Part shown: positions 38,513 to 48,502 of the stretch, in pieces
How positions within the stretch are numbered: the first letter of the stretch is position 1
Layout of the letters: every line of letters begins with the position of its first letter
Source of the DNA: a virus
DNA: 64,000 nt
Strand: one strand, 5' to 3'
IMG/VR virus record: IMGVR_UViG_3300027131_000001
Position numbers and translations under genes: made by a program
Notes under the pieces: model-generated
What the model was told of the DNA's origin: nothing
The model's input: the letters and a program-made list of their open reading frames with translations, nothing else
Database searches by the model: none

Positions 38513-39655
38513 TCAGAATGCATCAAAGTTAAACGGGGCAGCGTCTGATTCTTTCAACAGAACCATTGTAACACCGTCCTTCTCAAAGATAAACTGGCCA
38601 GTTCTGTTATTGTACTTAACCAGATCTTTTTGATTGAATGTTTTATCACACCATCCAATATCTTCTTCTTTATCATCACTATCATCGTAGTTGGCCAGAG
38701 TAACAGGTTCAACGTGCGGTGCAACTGGTGAATCTATGCTAGTCCTTTTCTTTGATGTACCAAAGTAGTAGCTAACATCGATTGTCGAAGAAAGAGGAGC
38801 ACCGTTATACACTTGTGGACCAACACGTTCAGCTTTACGGCCGCCTTTATAGATTTCCACCTTGTAATCAGTCATTCCGTCAAACTCGGCTCTGACGTTC
38901 AGGATCCGCAATGCTTGCTGAGGAGTCTCGTTGTAGTGGTTCATTTCCTCAATCAATGCTTTCAGCATATCAAAGTTAAACGCATAGAACACAGACGAAA
39001 CGTTGATGATTGTTTCAATTGTTTTTGAGTCTGGTGTTTTCAGATTGTCGTTGCAATACTCACGAATAAAGTCTTGGTCTAACCCTTTGAAGTCGATCAT
39101 GTATAAGATACGGCCTGGACGGTTACGCATATGAGAATCAACACGCCACTTATCGTTACTAGTCAGCATGAACAATTTCTTGGTCGAATAGATTCCGTCC
39201 AGCAATGTCAGCAATGCTTCTTGTTCTTCTGTATCGTATACCTTTTCAAATTCATCAAACATGACAATGCAGGGCTGTTCAATAGATTGAATCAATGTAT
39301 TGAACTTGTCTCCGTGCCACGGTGCATTAATAACAATAGTCGGTACAGATTGCTTTGCTAGTTCAACACAAATGTTTTTACTCAGCAATGTTTTGCCGGA
39401 ACCCTTCTCACCAACAAGCATCACACCTGTTGACTTATCACGGTTCCAAAAGCTACTGATGATCCGTTCCGTATTGCGAATAGTATCGCCGTACATCTTT
39501 GCAGGGATATCGAAGTCTTCAATTTGTTCAATAAAGAAGTTCTCAAACGGATCTTGCTTGACGACATAGTTACCGGCAGGCAATTGATCGTGCAAGTCCA
39601 TTGATTGTTTAGTAGCAATACGGAATGTATTGCCAGATTTCATGTAATAGCTCAT
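38513..39655 (-). CDS. AAA+ ATPase
   Basis: Walker A GEKGSGKT; Walker B VMFDEFEK; LLTLLDG; RPGR arginine finger. Confidence 0.9.
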   Translation of the reverse strand: MSYYMKSGNTFRIATKQSMDLHDQLPAGNYVVKQDPFENFFIEQIEDFDIPAKMYGDTIRNTERIISSFWNRDKSTGVMLVGEKGSGKTLLSKNICVELAKQSVPTIVINAPWHGDKFNTLIQSIEQPCIVMFDEFEKVYDTEEQEALLTLLDGIYSTKKLFMLTSNDKWRVDSHMRNRPGRILYMIDFKGLDQDFIREYCNDNLKTPDSKTIETIINVSSVFYAFNFDMLKALIEEMNHYNETPQQALRILNVRAEFDGMTDYKVEIYKGGRKAERVGPQVYNGAPLSSTIDVSYYFGTSKKRTSIDSPVAPHVEPVTLANYDDSDDKEEDIGWCDKTFNQKDLVKYNNRTGQFIFEKDGVTMVLLKESDAAPFNFDAF

Positions 39656-39679
39656 TATATAATCCTGTGTGTTGTTTGT

Positions 39680-39904
39680 CTATTGATTATCCGATATCCA
39701 ATCCGGCTTGTCAACCTCTACTGCCCAATTAACAACTGTCCAGTCATCAATGCAATCTTTATCGTTTACAAAGTCACCTTTGCCACCTTTAACCATCATC
39801 TCAGTCCAGTAGGGGAAGTAGGAGGCGAGGATCTGTTTCTCTGAATAAATCTCAACAACATCCTGACCCCACTTACCGACAGAAGAGATTTTGTAGTATT
39901 TCAT
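39680..39904 (-). CDS. Hypothetical protein
   Basis: Co-directional, packed ORF. Confidence 0.6.
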   Translation of the reverse strand: MKYYKISSVGKWGQDVVEIYSEKQILASYFPYWTEMMVKGGKGDFVNDKDCIDDWTVVNWAVEVDKPDWISDNQ

Positions 39905-39926
39905 TATTCATCTTTCGATTCCTAGA

Positions 39927-40268
39927 TTAAACATCCATTGCACATTGATATGTCCGCTCTTCATCACAATCACACAGTGTTTCATAGTCTCCGTTAATTT
40001 CTGCTGCATACGGGCAATAGTGGAGATTGGAAACTTGAACAGGATCTTCACGCTCTGCTATTCCGAAATGATCAAGAACATATCGACCAATAGAGTCGTG
40101 CGCATGGTTCTGTTGATGGATTGTTGCAATGTCAGCACATTCCCGAACAATCAACGCGGCAAATTTTTGTTCGAACTCTTCAGGAGAAGTATAACACCAG
40201 CTATCTCCCATAGGCTTTTTTCTTGCCTCATCTGCAAGTTGTTTAATTCGTTGCTTCGCTTCGTTCAT
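39927..40268 (-). CDS. Hypothetical protein ('KFAELIVREC'-like family plus a Cys-rich tail)
   Basis: MNEAKQRIKQLA..KFAALIVREC..HFGI. Confidence 0.65.
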   Translation of the reverse strand: MNEAKQRIKQLADEARKKPMGDSWCYTSPEEFEQKFAALIVRECADIATIHQQNHAHDSIGRYVLDHFGIAEREDPVQVSNLHYCPYAAEINGDYETLCDCDEERTYQCAMDV

Positions 40269-40279
40269 TTTTAATTACC

Positions 40280-40591
40280 TCAATTGCAGTTCTTTAGGTA
40301 CTTGTAATAATCTTCATCAGTCTGATAGGTGTATGCAGTGCCTTCGGCAGTAATGCAATGAGGACCAGGAGACTTACCTGGTTCAAACTCATACAAGAAC
40401 CACTTTACATCTTCCGCCATATCACCGAATAAAGATTCAATTAATATATTCTTTTGCATATCTAATCCGTTGACGTATATGTTATCAAACAATACTGAAT
40501 TGATGTCACTGGGAATTGTCTGGATATATTTGTCACCTTGATTATCCAGCTCTCTTAGTTTGCGGACAACGTTGATTAATTGTTCGTTCAT
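40280..40591 (-). CDS. Hypothetical protein
   Basis: Packed ORF with an ATGA overlap. Confidence 0.6.
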   Translation of the reverse strand: MNEQLINVVRKLRELDNQGDKYIQTIPSDINSVLFDNIYVNGLDMQKNILIESLFGDMAEDVKWFLYEFEPGKSPGPHCITAEGTAYTYQTDEDYYKYLKNCN

Positions 40592-40779
40592 GGGTTATTG
40601 GTCCTATCGCAAATTACTTTGTATTCAATCATTTTCAAGACCAACTTAAATTCTATTGAATTGATTCCAATTGGCTCAGAAACTTTTTCTTTGATTAGTT
40701 CGTGTCGTCCTTCGGTATTTGTTCTACCAAGCAAGACACCATCATAATACACTTCCCATTCGTATCTATCGTCAATCAT
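40588..40779 (-). CDS. Hypothetical protein
   Basis: Packed ORF with ATGA overlaps. Confidence 0.55.
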   Translation of the reverse strand: MIDDRYEWEVYYDGVLLGRTNTEGRHELIKEKVSEPIGINSIEFKLVLKMIEYKVICDRTNNP

Positions 40780-41189
40780 TCTTCAACTCCGAAATGTTGT
40801 TTGATAGCAGTAACATATAAATTGCTTTGATACGCTCCGGCTGCTTTTTCTTCGTATGATGCCCCTTCGTTCATACACGCCTGGAAACATTCCTGAAGTA
40901 TCAACTCGGCAAACTTTTCCATCCAAGCCATACTAACAAGTGGAAATGCTTCCTTTGATGCCTGTTCGGCAAGTTGTTTGATTCGTTGCTTCGCCTGCTT
41001 GGCTTCATTCATGCATTCTTCTCTTTCAGCTTGGCTTTCCAAGTCTGCAATGGTTTGCTTACCTGCTTGGATAGCGGCATCACCTTTTGTTATTTCCCCA
41101 TCCCAAGCACCCTCTAATAGATAAGTTTCTCGATGCTTATCACCATAAGTTTGCAACGCATCCACCAACTGATTCAATACTTCAATCAT
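40776..41189 (-). CDS. Two-module hypothetical protein (C-terminal half is 'KFAELIVREC'-like)
   Basis: Internal MNEAKQAKQRIKQLAEQA..KFAELILQEC..IKQHFGVEE. Confidence 0.65.
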   Translation of the reverse strand: MIEVLNQLVDALQTYGDKHRETYLLEGAWDGEITKGDAAIQAGKQTIADLESQAEREECMNEAKQAKQRIKQLAEQASKEAFPLVSMAWMEKFAELILQECFQACMNEGASYEEKAAGAYQSNLYVTAIKQHFGVEE

Positions 41190-41190
41190 A

Positions 41191-41463
41191 TCATCTCTCC
41201 CTTGACCTTGACATTATCATTGACGTTTGTTGTTCAGTCAACTCGCACGTCTCATCTATTATAACCTGATGATAGGTGCGCCCCATTATTCTATCCGGAC
41301 TTACTTGTGATGACGACATAAACTGATATATTGTACCTTCTAATTCAATAGTCAGTTCATTCAAGGACGCTCTTGCAATTGCATTACCGTAGAGCTCTAT
41401 CATATCACGGAACTGCCTTTTGGCAGATTCAAAGTTATGACATACTGTTAGAACACGGTTCAT
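41191..41463 (-). CDS. Hypothetical protein resembling a terminase/P-loop ATPase fragment
   Basis: DRIMGRTYHQVIIDE resembles a Walker B segment. No Walker A. Confidence 0.45.
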   Translation of the reverse strand: MNRVLTVCHNFESAKRQFRDMIELYGNAIARASLNELTIELEGTIYQFMSSSQVSPDRIMGRTYHQVIIDETCELTEQQTSMIMSRSRER

Positions 41464-42089
41464 TTACTATGATATCTTACTAATCAAGAATTGCTTATAG
41501 GAAGAAGGGACACTTGTCTCATAGCCAGACTTACCAGCATTGTACCGGTGAACTGTCCTTTCCTTTACAGGACGCAATCCGCTTTCTTCTCTGTACTGAT
41601 TAAACTTTGTTGTCAGTAATCTGAGGCCGTAGTACCGCTCAAAGTACCTGCCTACAAAACGTGGATGAAATCTCATATTAACTCCTTTGCTTCTATACAC
41701 TTCCAACCAGTAGGCGTATTGACGAGCACTCCACCTTGCTGATCACATTTATCTGTCTTATCGCCCCCCACATACCCGTACACAACAGACATCATCAATA
41801 AAAATGCTGCAGGTAACAGCATCCACATATTATCTCTGGTAAACATATCGACCCTTTTACGTAGTTTTTTGCTAAAAATAATTTTTTGTGAGAATGGATT
41901 TAGAATCGTTCAGGGTAAATTGGCCCCCGGCAGCATTATTATTGCGGTGCAGAGGCGTTCTATACCCTTTCGAATACTAGGCCGTAGTTGATTAGGGCCA
42001 ACCGGAACCAAAAGGCCCCCCGGCCCCTGTGCTTAGGGGCTAGGAAGGCTGCAGTGGGCCTCAGCGAGAGGCCTTACTGCGCAAGGGCC

Positions 42090-42349
42090 TCAGCGTGTAA
42101 GCTGCGCAACCATGCTAGCAAAGACTGCACACTTAGTGCTCATCTTAGGTGGGTTAACCAGCAACTGTATAGCTATCCGGGTCATGGCGTATGTCTCAGT
42201 GTCCGGTGTTAGTACTTCTGTGTTCATTGTGCTTCCTTAACGATTGTTTGTACCTTCTCTACGCCTCTGTCAGCAATGCTAGCTACTCCACTGAAGCCAA
42301 CAGTAGCTACTATTACTCCTGATATGAATGCAATCAAATGTGTTAACAT
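42090..42349 (-). CDS. Two small ORFs: 42349-42224 (41 aa, hydrophobic) and 42227-42090 (45 aa)
   Basis: Hand translations MLTHLIAFISGVIVATVGFSG... and MNTEVLTPDT.... AGGAG RBS and ATGA coupling. Confidence 0.55.
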
Positions 42350-42387
42350 ACTGTGCTCCTAATAGCTTATCGGTTGCCCACAACGGG

Positions 42388-42416
42388 ATTATATAGAGAC
42401 CACCTGCTGATGTCAA
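42388..42416 (-). promoter_or_regulatory. Consensus sigma70 early promoter
   Basis: TTGACA-N17-TATAAT. Confidence 0.85.
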
Positions 42417-42431
42417 CAGGGGCCTTCTATG

Positions 42432-42863
42432 TCACTTCGCTAACTTCTTAGCGTTGTAGAAGTAAGTAGTAGCTCCTGCATCACTCATGGACAGTTCGTC
42501 CTTGATAGCTGCAATCACTGCTGCTTTGTCACCACCCAAGCGCTTGAAGATCTCCAGCGCACGGTCAGCCTTAGTAGGGCCAGAAGCACGTGGTGCCTTG
42601 GGTTCCTTGGCTACCTTAGGTGCCTTCTCAGCCTTGGCTACTGATGAGCTTGCTGCACGGCGCTGTGCCACATCGTACTCGTTTTGTTGAAAAGCGTTCA
42701 TTGTCTGCATGTTCTTCATCCTAAATTTAACAGGGCGTGCCTGCTTGTCTTCCGGAAACCCCGGATACGGTTTGCCGGCTTCCCGGCTATTATCGACCAG
42801 CCACACATTGTAGTGAGCCAGTTTACGATCCAAATAAGCGTTGTAGGTGTTGTGATCCATCAT
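42432..42863 (-). CDS. Hypothetical protein with a K/A/P-rich linker and an HTH-like C-terminus
   Basis: TKADRALEIF..I..LSMSDAGATTYFYNAKK. Confidence 0.7.
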   Translation of the reverse strand: MMDHNTYNAYLDRKLAHYNVWLVDNSREAGKPYPGFPEDKQARPVKFRMKNMQTMNAFQQNEYDVAQRRAASSSVAKAEKAPKVAKEPKAPRASGPTKADRALEIFKRLGGDKAAVIAAIKDELSMSDAGATTYFYNAKKLAK

Positions 42864-43716
42864 GACTCCATTATCTCCTGGTCTTGGTCAGAAGTCAACA
42901 TGTACGACACCTGATTGACCAACTTTAAACTCTCTGCACGGGAGAGGCCATACATGTCCTGCATCCCGTCAATGATGCTGGAGATATCACAGCCTGCGAA
43001 CAATGCTTGTTCAATATCCAGTGCTAAGTCAGACATTTTGCTCATTTTCATTCCTCTATTAGTTTCAAAATTGTTGATCGTTCTTGTACTACGAAAGAGC
43101 CAGTCAGCCCCTCACGGGTTAACACAACCTTGCCGTCTACTGGATCACTTACCACAACGTATTGCTTACCGTTGTATGTCACAGCTGCCCCTGCAACGAA
43201 TTCAGTAGACATACATCTGCAGGGAGGGGTCAAGCTGCAACAGCTGCGCAACAGCCTTGTTCAGGAACTTCAAGCGTTCAAGCACTTGCGCACGGGGAAG
43301 TTCACCATCACAAGTCAGGTTCTCCGGCGACAAGTCAGCGTCGAGTGCCTCAGCAATACGCTGACGGTCTGCAGCAGACTCCAGATCATAGCAGGGGTTG
43401 TTGAAAATTAAGTTCCAACGATTCTTGTTTTCAACGTACTGTTTCAGGTCTTTCATGCCATCACCTCATCAGCCAACAGCTCAGCAGACTGACGTTGATC
43501 CATCATCTCGGACAGTATATACTTGGCGATGTTCATATTCTGGCGACTTTGGTCCAAAGCCTGAGCATTGCCAAAGCTCTGCAGCTCCTGTGCATCAGAC
43601 AACAAGCTCATCACAACCATCTCCAAGCCGCAGCGCTTTGCAGTCATCGATTGCAAATACTGGACACGAATGTCTGCAGTAGACATTCCGTAGCAGTTCT
43701 TTTCAAATTCAGTCAT
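42860..43716 (-). CDS. Cluster of four small early ORFs (42860-43051, 43048-~43212, 43202-43456, 43453-43716)
   Basis: Coupled overlaps downstream of the 43743 promoter. LSPENLTCDGEL motif in 43202-43456. Confidence 0.65.
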
Positions 43717-43734
43717 TGTGTTCTCCGTTGTTGT

Positions 43735-43802
43735 ATGACCCCATTATCTCTCCAATCAGACCTTTGGTCAACGATATAATATAGCACTTTCAGCTAAGAA
43801 TT
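43735..43802 (-). promoter_or_regulatory. Early promoter family, copy 1
   Basis: AATTCTTAGCTG-N19-TTGACC-N17-GATAAT-GGGGTC-A. Confidence 0.85.
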
Positions 43803-43810
43803 GCGCAATA

Positions 43811-44155
43811 TTATATCCCACTTTTACTCTCTGCAATGGCTATATGTTTGCACTCTCCTCTGTACTTGAACCCGGTGCAGCTACATTGTTTCCTGAATAG
43901 ATCAACAAAGTACACATCACCCTTACTTCCTGCAACCTCAACAACCTTACTGGAAACATCTGCATCACTACCTAAGTCATCTACTAGCTTGAATGTCCGA
44001 CCTCTGATATCTAACCGCAGCGGTGTACGGAATCTAGTCACAGGTCCTACAGAGAACTTACGCATTCCTATCGCTATTCCTGTATCATTCAGCAAGTAAC
44101 TATGATTAGGCATCTTTGCACCAGCAAATTCAGTCGTCTCCATCACTAGCTTCAT
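43811..44155 (-). CDS. SWIM zinc-finger protein
   Basis: GSKGDVYFV..CSCTGFKYRGECKH (CxC-x8-CxH). Confidence 0.8.
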   Translation of the reverse strand: MKLVMETTEFAGAKMPNHSYLLNDTGIAIGMRKFSVGPVTRFRTPLRLDIRGRTFKLVDDLGSDADVSSKVVEVAGSKGDVYFVDLFRKQCSCTGFKYRGECKHIAIAESKSGI

Positions 44156-44226
44156 ATTCCAGTCCTTTTTTCTAGGTGCGGTTGTATAAAATATCGCGAA
44201 TTCGCTATTCTACGCTATTTTATATC

Positions 44227-44628
44227 TCAATTCTCTGACATTACGATATTTGTAGGCACAGTCTTATCGGCTGGCTTGATACGGTTACCATCTATGTCAA
44301 TTCTTGGCTCATAGAACCTAATGAACCCTTCATATTCCAACTGAGACTGCTCAAACTGAGACATATAGTCGTCATCTTCAATAGCAAAGTTGATGATTGT
44401 CTCTGTCATATAATCTGAGATTGACTCAATATTAGGCAGCATTGATTCAACGATCATACGAACCTTCTTAGTAAAGAAGTCATCGTTAGGGGAGAGATAG
44501 TGTTCCAGGTCATCTAGAATGTACTCGGAACCACCCTTATTCTTCCAGTATTGTGGTACTGAACCAACACCGTTCCAATCATGTGCACCGTAGTTCTCTC
44601 TTACCTGTGTGATAATAACTAATTTCAT
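44227..44628 (-). CDS. Conserved phage hypothetical protein
   Basis: MKLVI.TQ.RENYGAHDW.G.G..PQYWK.KGG. Confidence 0.7.
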   Translation of the reverse strand: MKLVIITQVRENYGAHDWNGVGSVPQYWKNKGGSEYILDDLEHYLSPNDDFFTKKVRMIVESMLPNIESISDYMTETIINFAIEDDDYMSQFEQSQLEYEGFIRFYEPRIDIDGNRIKPADKTVPTNIVMSEN

Positions 44629-45077
44629 TTTAAACGCTCTCTGGTTAAAGTAAGACGAATACGGCCATTAACGATACGGCGTATAGTTAGTAGGTTTGAA
44701 GTGATGCGAAAGACTCTAATCATAATTACTCTCCCATTGCAGCAATGTAACGAATTACTGGATTCCAGCCAATATCTCTACCCAAAGATGCCATCATTAA
44801 CGCATGGTTGAGTGCCTTCTTCTGACCGATTTCAGCGACGAGTTGTTCGCAGTACATTGAAATTTGTTGTGATGTCATCTTATTCTCCAATTAACCGAAA
44901 TAACATTCAACAGCATCGTCAATATTCTCAGAGAATACATCGTCGTACAAACCAGTAACGTCCTGTAAGAAGAACTTCTGCAATTCTTTCTTAGATGGCT
45001 CTTTTCCAGATACTTCCAATGCTAATTCCTTGACCAAGTTAATAGCTTCTGCTGAAATTTCAATCGTGATCTTCATA

Positions 45078-45320
45078 TCATGCTCCTTTGAATGCATTAA
45101 CCAAACCAGCAAACCCGATAACCAACGAAATAACATTAACAAATGCCTGTGGGTAGTTTGTTACCCTCATCGACCAGACCAGGAATAGTATTGCGCCAAT
45201 CGCAAATACTACAATATTGTACGGATACATCGCTGGTCCAATTGCATTAAGAATATGACCTGTCACAATAGTAACAGCTCCTACCCACTGAATAATGTTG
45301 TTTGTCTTTTCTGTTGTCAT
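45078..45320 (-). CDS. Small membrane protein, probably leaderless
   Basis: Three TM segments. ATG lies 6 nt after the -10 hexamer and has no SD. Confidence 0.65.
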   Translation of the reverse strand: MTTEKTNNIIQWVGAVTIVTGHILNAIGPAMYPYNIVVFAIGAILFLVWSMRVTNYPQAFVNVISLVIGFAGLVNAFKGA

Positions 45321-45386
45321 GTCCCCATTATCCCGTCAATCTGGTCTTTGGACAACGGTCTAATGTAGGACAATTGGCTAAGAATT
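45318..45386 (-). promoter_or_regulatory. Early promoter family, copy 2
   Basis: AATTCTTAGCCA-N19-TTGTCC-N17-GATAAT-GGGGAC-ATG. Confidence 0.85.
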
Positions 45387-45397
45387 GATAAGGACAA

Positions 45398-45670
45398 TTA
45401 CTTAGGAATCCGAATGATGATAGCACCACGGCGGTAGTTTGATGGATCATTGGTCAAGTGCGAAGTGATACCTTTGTATCCATTGTCTTGTAGTAACTTA
45501 ACAATAGATGACTTGATCTCGACGTCGCCTCCGTTTCCTGTACGGTATGCCTTAACAGTATGACAATCGTTGTAACTGTTAGTGTACACAGTCTTACGGC
45601 CTAATGCATAGAATGCACGGCGAGCCAACAAAGTTGCAGGAATCATTGCCTGTAATGCTACTTCTCTCAT
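45398..45670 (-). CDS. Hypothetical protein
   Basis: GAGGAG RBS. Confidence 0.65.
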   Translation of the reverse strand: MREVALQAMIPATLLARRAFYALGRKTVYTNSYNDCHTVKAYRTGNGGDVEIKSSIVKLLQDNGYKGITSHLTNDPSNYRRGAIIIRIPK

Positions 45671-45848
45671 ACTGACTCCTCATTCAATTCATCTTGACAA
45701 TCCTGACACATCTCTTCCCCATCAAGCATGCGAAAAAGGTTCTTTGGTTTCTGCGTCTTGCAAAATAGACACACTTTTACTGTGCCCAAGTAAGCCTGAG
45801 TAGAACTGTACCCAGAATTAATAGTACTGTAGACTAATTGTGCCACGA

Positions 45849-46055
45849 TTAAGCGTCCAATACATTTATAAGTTCTGATGAGAGAAAGATGGCACTCTCG
45901 TACACTTCCAATGCCTCATCATAGTCAAATTCGTACTTGTCAATCAATTTGTCCATGATCATATCAGCAGGGACACCATTGAGGTAGTCCTCAACTATCT
46001 CCATAACTAAATCTTTCATCGCACTCATGATATTCTCCTTGTTTTCGTTTGTCAT
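45849..46055 (-). CDS. Acidic hypothetical protein (alternative SD-led start at 46028)
   Basis: AAGGAG before MSAMKDL. Confidence 0.6.
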   Translation of the reverse strand: MTNENKENIMSAMKDLVMEIVEDYLNGVPADMIMDKLIDKYEFDYDEALEVYESAIFLSSELINVLDA

Positions 46056-46121
46056 GACCCCATTATCATATCAAATTGGACTTTGTACAACGGTTTCAAG
46101 TAGGACTATCAGCTAAGAATT
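46053..46121 (-). promoter_or_regulatory. Early promoter family, copy 3
   Basis: AATTCTTAGCTG-N19-TTGTAC-N17-GATAAT-GGGGTC-ATG. Confidence 0.85.
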
Positions 46122-46330
46122 TGTAGCAATTCAGTGCTAGTTTCTACATTCCTCTGGAAACCTGTGCTTCCAACTTGTGAGCAGAGATCTTAGTCAATTC
46201 AGCGAACTGTTTGCGTAATTGGTAATTACTTTGCTTCTCATTGATCCTGCTGGGGAGGTTAAGCGATAATTGAATCTGACTGATGAACTTAATCAGCTTC
46301 TCCTTCTCTACACGCTCGTACTCCTCACGG

Positions 46331-46705
46331 TCAATCACAAGTAACTCCTGCAGGAATCTCTACGTGGCGAAGTACATCAGGCTTGACATATCCGTCTCGT
46401 GCATAACATTCCCAGCTATTCTCATGAAAATTATACAAATACAGATAGTCATACCCCTGTATTGCATCGATCATTGAATCATTGACTTCGTGATCATCAG
46501 GCGTTCCGTCTCCGAACCGTACACACATTCCGTCATGATCGAAGTTACGAATTTGAGGGCCGTGAACAAGCTGTTCGGCTTTGTCTGGAGAAGCATAGTG
46601 CTCCTGCAAAATCTTTCCTGTATGGCTTGGATAACCATCATAATGACTGTAGATTGTAAAGATCCTCTGACCTACTCTATAACCAATCGCTGCTCTTGTA
46701 CTCAT
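46331..46705 (-). CDS. Conserved phage hypothetical protein
   Basis: MSTRAAIG..IYSHYDGYPS..GKILQEHY..YLYLY. Confidence 0.75.
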   Translation of the reverse strand: MSTRAAIGYRVGQRIFTIYSHYDGYPSHTGKILQEHYASPDKAEQLVHGPQIRNFDHDGMCVRFGDGTPDDHEVNDSMIDAIQGYDYLYLYNFHENSWECYARDGYVKPDVLRHVEIPAGVTCD

Positions 46706-46706
46706 A

Positions 46707-47503
46707 TCAACGTCCTAACACAACATAGTCAATAATTCTGTATACGGCAGCCATGCAAGTAAGAATGAACGCTATGAACAAACCTACTTGCGGCACCAAA
46801 CACAAAAACACAATGTAACTTATCAGTAAAAATATTACAGACAGTTTCACTCCAAACGGCATTGCTTTAATTCGTTCAATCATTATACACACCCTTCAAC
46901 AATATTTTTGAAATTTAATTTAGTGAACCCTTGATTGTACGCCCACACAGCACACTTATCTTTGAGCTCACTCTCATCATCGCCACCAAAAGAAACGAGG
47001 CAGTTACGACGATACATCACTTGCACACAACGTGCAGTCTCTGCTGCTCCGAAAGGGCGATATGTCAAAATAGTAGCAGTCTTCTGTTTCATTCTGATTC
47101 TCCGAGTAAAATCTTCTCAATCAAACTAAATTGGTCAGCAGTAATGTTCAACCAATTAGAAGCACCACGATCAGACTGCATCTTCAACATGATCTGACCA
47201 TTTTCTTTCAAGCTGTCCTCACCGAGTGGCAAAGGAGCAACAACTATTAGCTGATTTGCAATATATTCTGTACTCATCTTAGTCCTCCAATGAACGCTGA
47301 ATCAACAAATTAATTACTTCCATCTGCTTGGCAGCAGGAGCATCAACTAACATCGCAGCTAACTGCGACTGGAAAAAGCCTGCAGCATAAGCTAGTCCAC
47401 TAGTCATACCATGACGTTTCTGTGCACTGTAAACCAGCGTACCCAAAAATACATCTATCTGCTCACGTTTCATCTTAGCCATCATGATCTCCTTTGTTTG
47501 CAT
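46707..47503 (-). CDS. Cluster of four small early ORFs (46707-46892, 46883-47092, 47089-47277, 47279-47503)
   Basis: Tightly packed and co-directional, downstream of promoter copy 4. Confidence 0.6.
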
Positions 47504-47569
47504 GTCCCCATTATCTCTCTGTTTAGACCAAAGAACAACAGTTTTGGTTAGTACTATCAGCTAAGAATC
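47501..47569 (-). promoter_or_regulatory. Early promoter family, copy 4
   Basis: GATTCTTAGCTG-N19-TTGTTC-N17-GATAAT-GGGGAC-ATG. Confidence 0.85.
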
Positions 47570-47605
47570 TATAGCAATCTAGTACTAACTTCAAACCGTT
47601 TGATA

Positions 47606-48484
47606 TCAATTAACGAGCATGTATGTTGCCAGGTCTTTCCAGCTACTTCCACCGTCTGTACGGATCTTGGTCACATTGATCAATGTTCTAAGATTGATCT
47701 CTTTTGCAATGTCCTTATTGACTTTCAAGAATTCGAACGCATCCAACTTCTGGATAGAAGAAACAGATGGAAGAAAATTAGCCTCTTTCAGAATGTGCTC
47801 CATACGGTCTATCTTCTGATCAGTAGTCATAGACAGGTCAATACACATCGAACGACTGCGCAAAGCTTGGCTAATCTTGTCCTGTGTCAGGTTACTGATG
47901 AATACTACTCCACCTGTAAACTGAAAAGTACGTGGTAAGTTGTCATCTACGCTGTTTGTATTCCATGAGATGAAACGCTTATCGTATGAGTCCAAAGCAC
48001 CCTTCAACAAGTTGAGAGCATCAGGATCTTTGAGAATAGAGTCGCAATCATCGAAGACGACAATGCTATCTTTGTTCTCGTAAAGTAACTTAAAAAGGCC
48101 TTTCGCTGTCGAAAACCCCTTAATTACTACGAAAGTCTTGTTTCTTTGAACAACTGTACCGTCATCAGCATCTGCAACCATCTCGGTTACATCTTTCAGA
48201 CCAACACTCTTCAGCGAGTTGATTACGGTGTGAGTCTTACCAAGGCCACCTTCGCCAGTAATAACTACGGAAGGAGTAACACGACGAGCAATCATAGACA
48301 CGATCTGCTCAACGAATTGGAAACGCTGATTGATAGGGAATTCCATCGCTTTGTTCTCAGATTGAGGAGCTTCCTCGTAGCCATCGATCTTCTGCTTGAG
48401 ATAGTATTTGTTCTTAGAACGAGCAACTTCTTTGCCTGCAGCGTTGAAAGCGACAAATACACCGTTGATGTTGCGAATTTCCAT
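47606..48484 (-). CDS. P-loop (AAA-like) ATPase
   Basis: Walker A GEGGLGKT; Walker B VVFDDCD; LLKGALDS; FISN; ALRSRS. Confidence 0.88.
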   Translation of the reverse strand: MEIRNINGVFVAFNAAGKEVARSKNKYYLKQKIDGYEEAPQSENKAMEFPINQRFQFVEQIVSMIARRVTPSVVITGEGGLGKTHTVINSLKSVGLKDVTEMVADADDGTVVQRNKTFVVIKGFSTAKGLFKLLYENKDSIVVFDDCDSILKDPDALNLLKGALDSYDKRFISWNTNSVDDNLPRTFQFTGGVVFISNLTQDKISQALRSRSMCIDLSMTTDQKIDRMEHILKEANFLPSVSSIQKLDAFEFLKVNKDIAKEINLRTLINVTKIRTDGGSSWKDLATYMLVN

Positions 48485-48502
48485 GTTAGCTCCTGTTGTT
48501 CA

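Noticed and set aside
41988-42212. 74-aa plus-strand ORF in the GC-rich boundary
   Set aside because: No RBS, against the local gene direction, and overlaps hairpins and a better minus-strand ORF.
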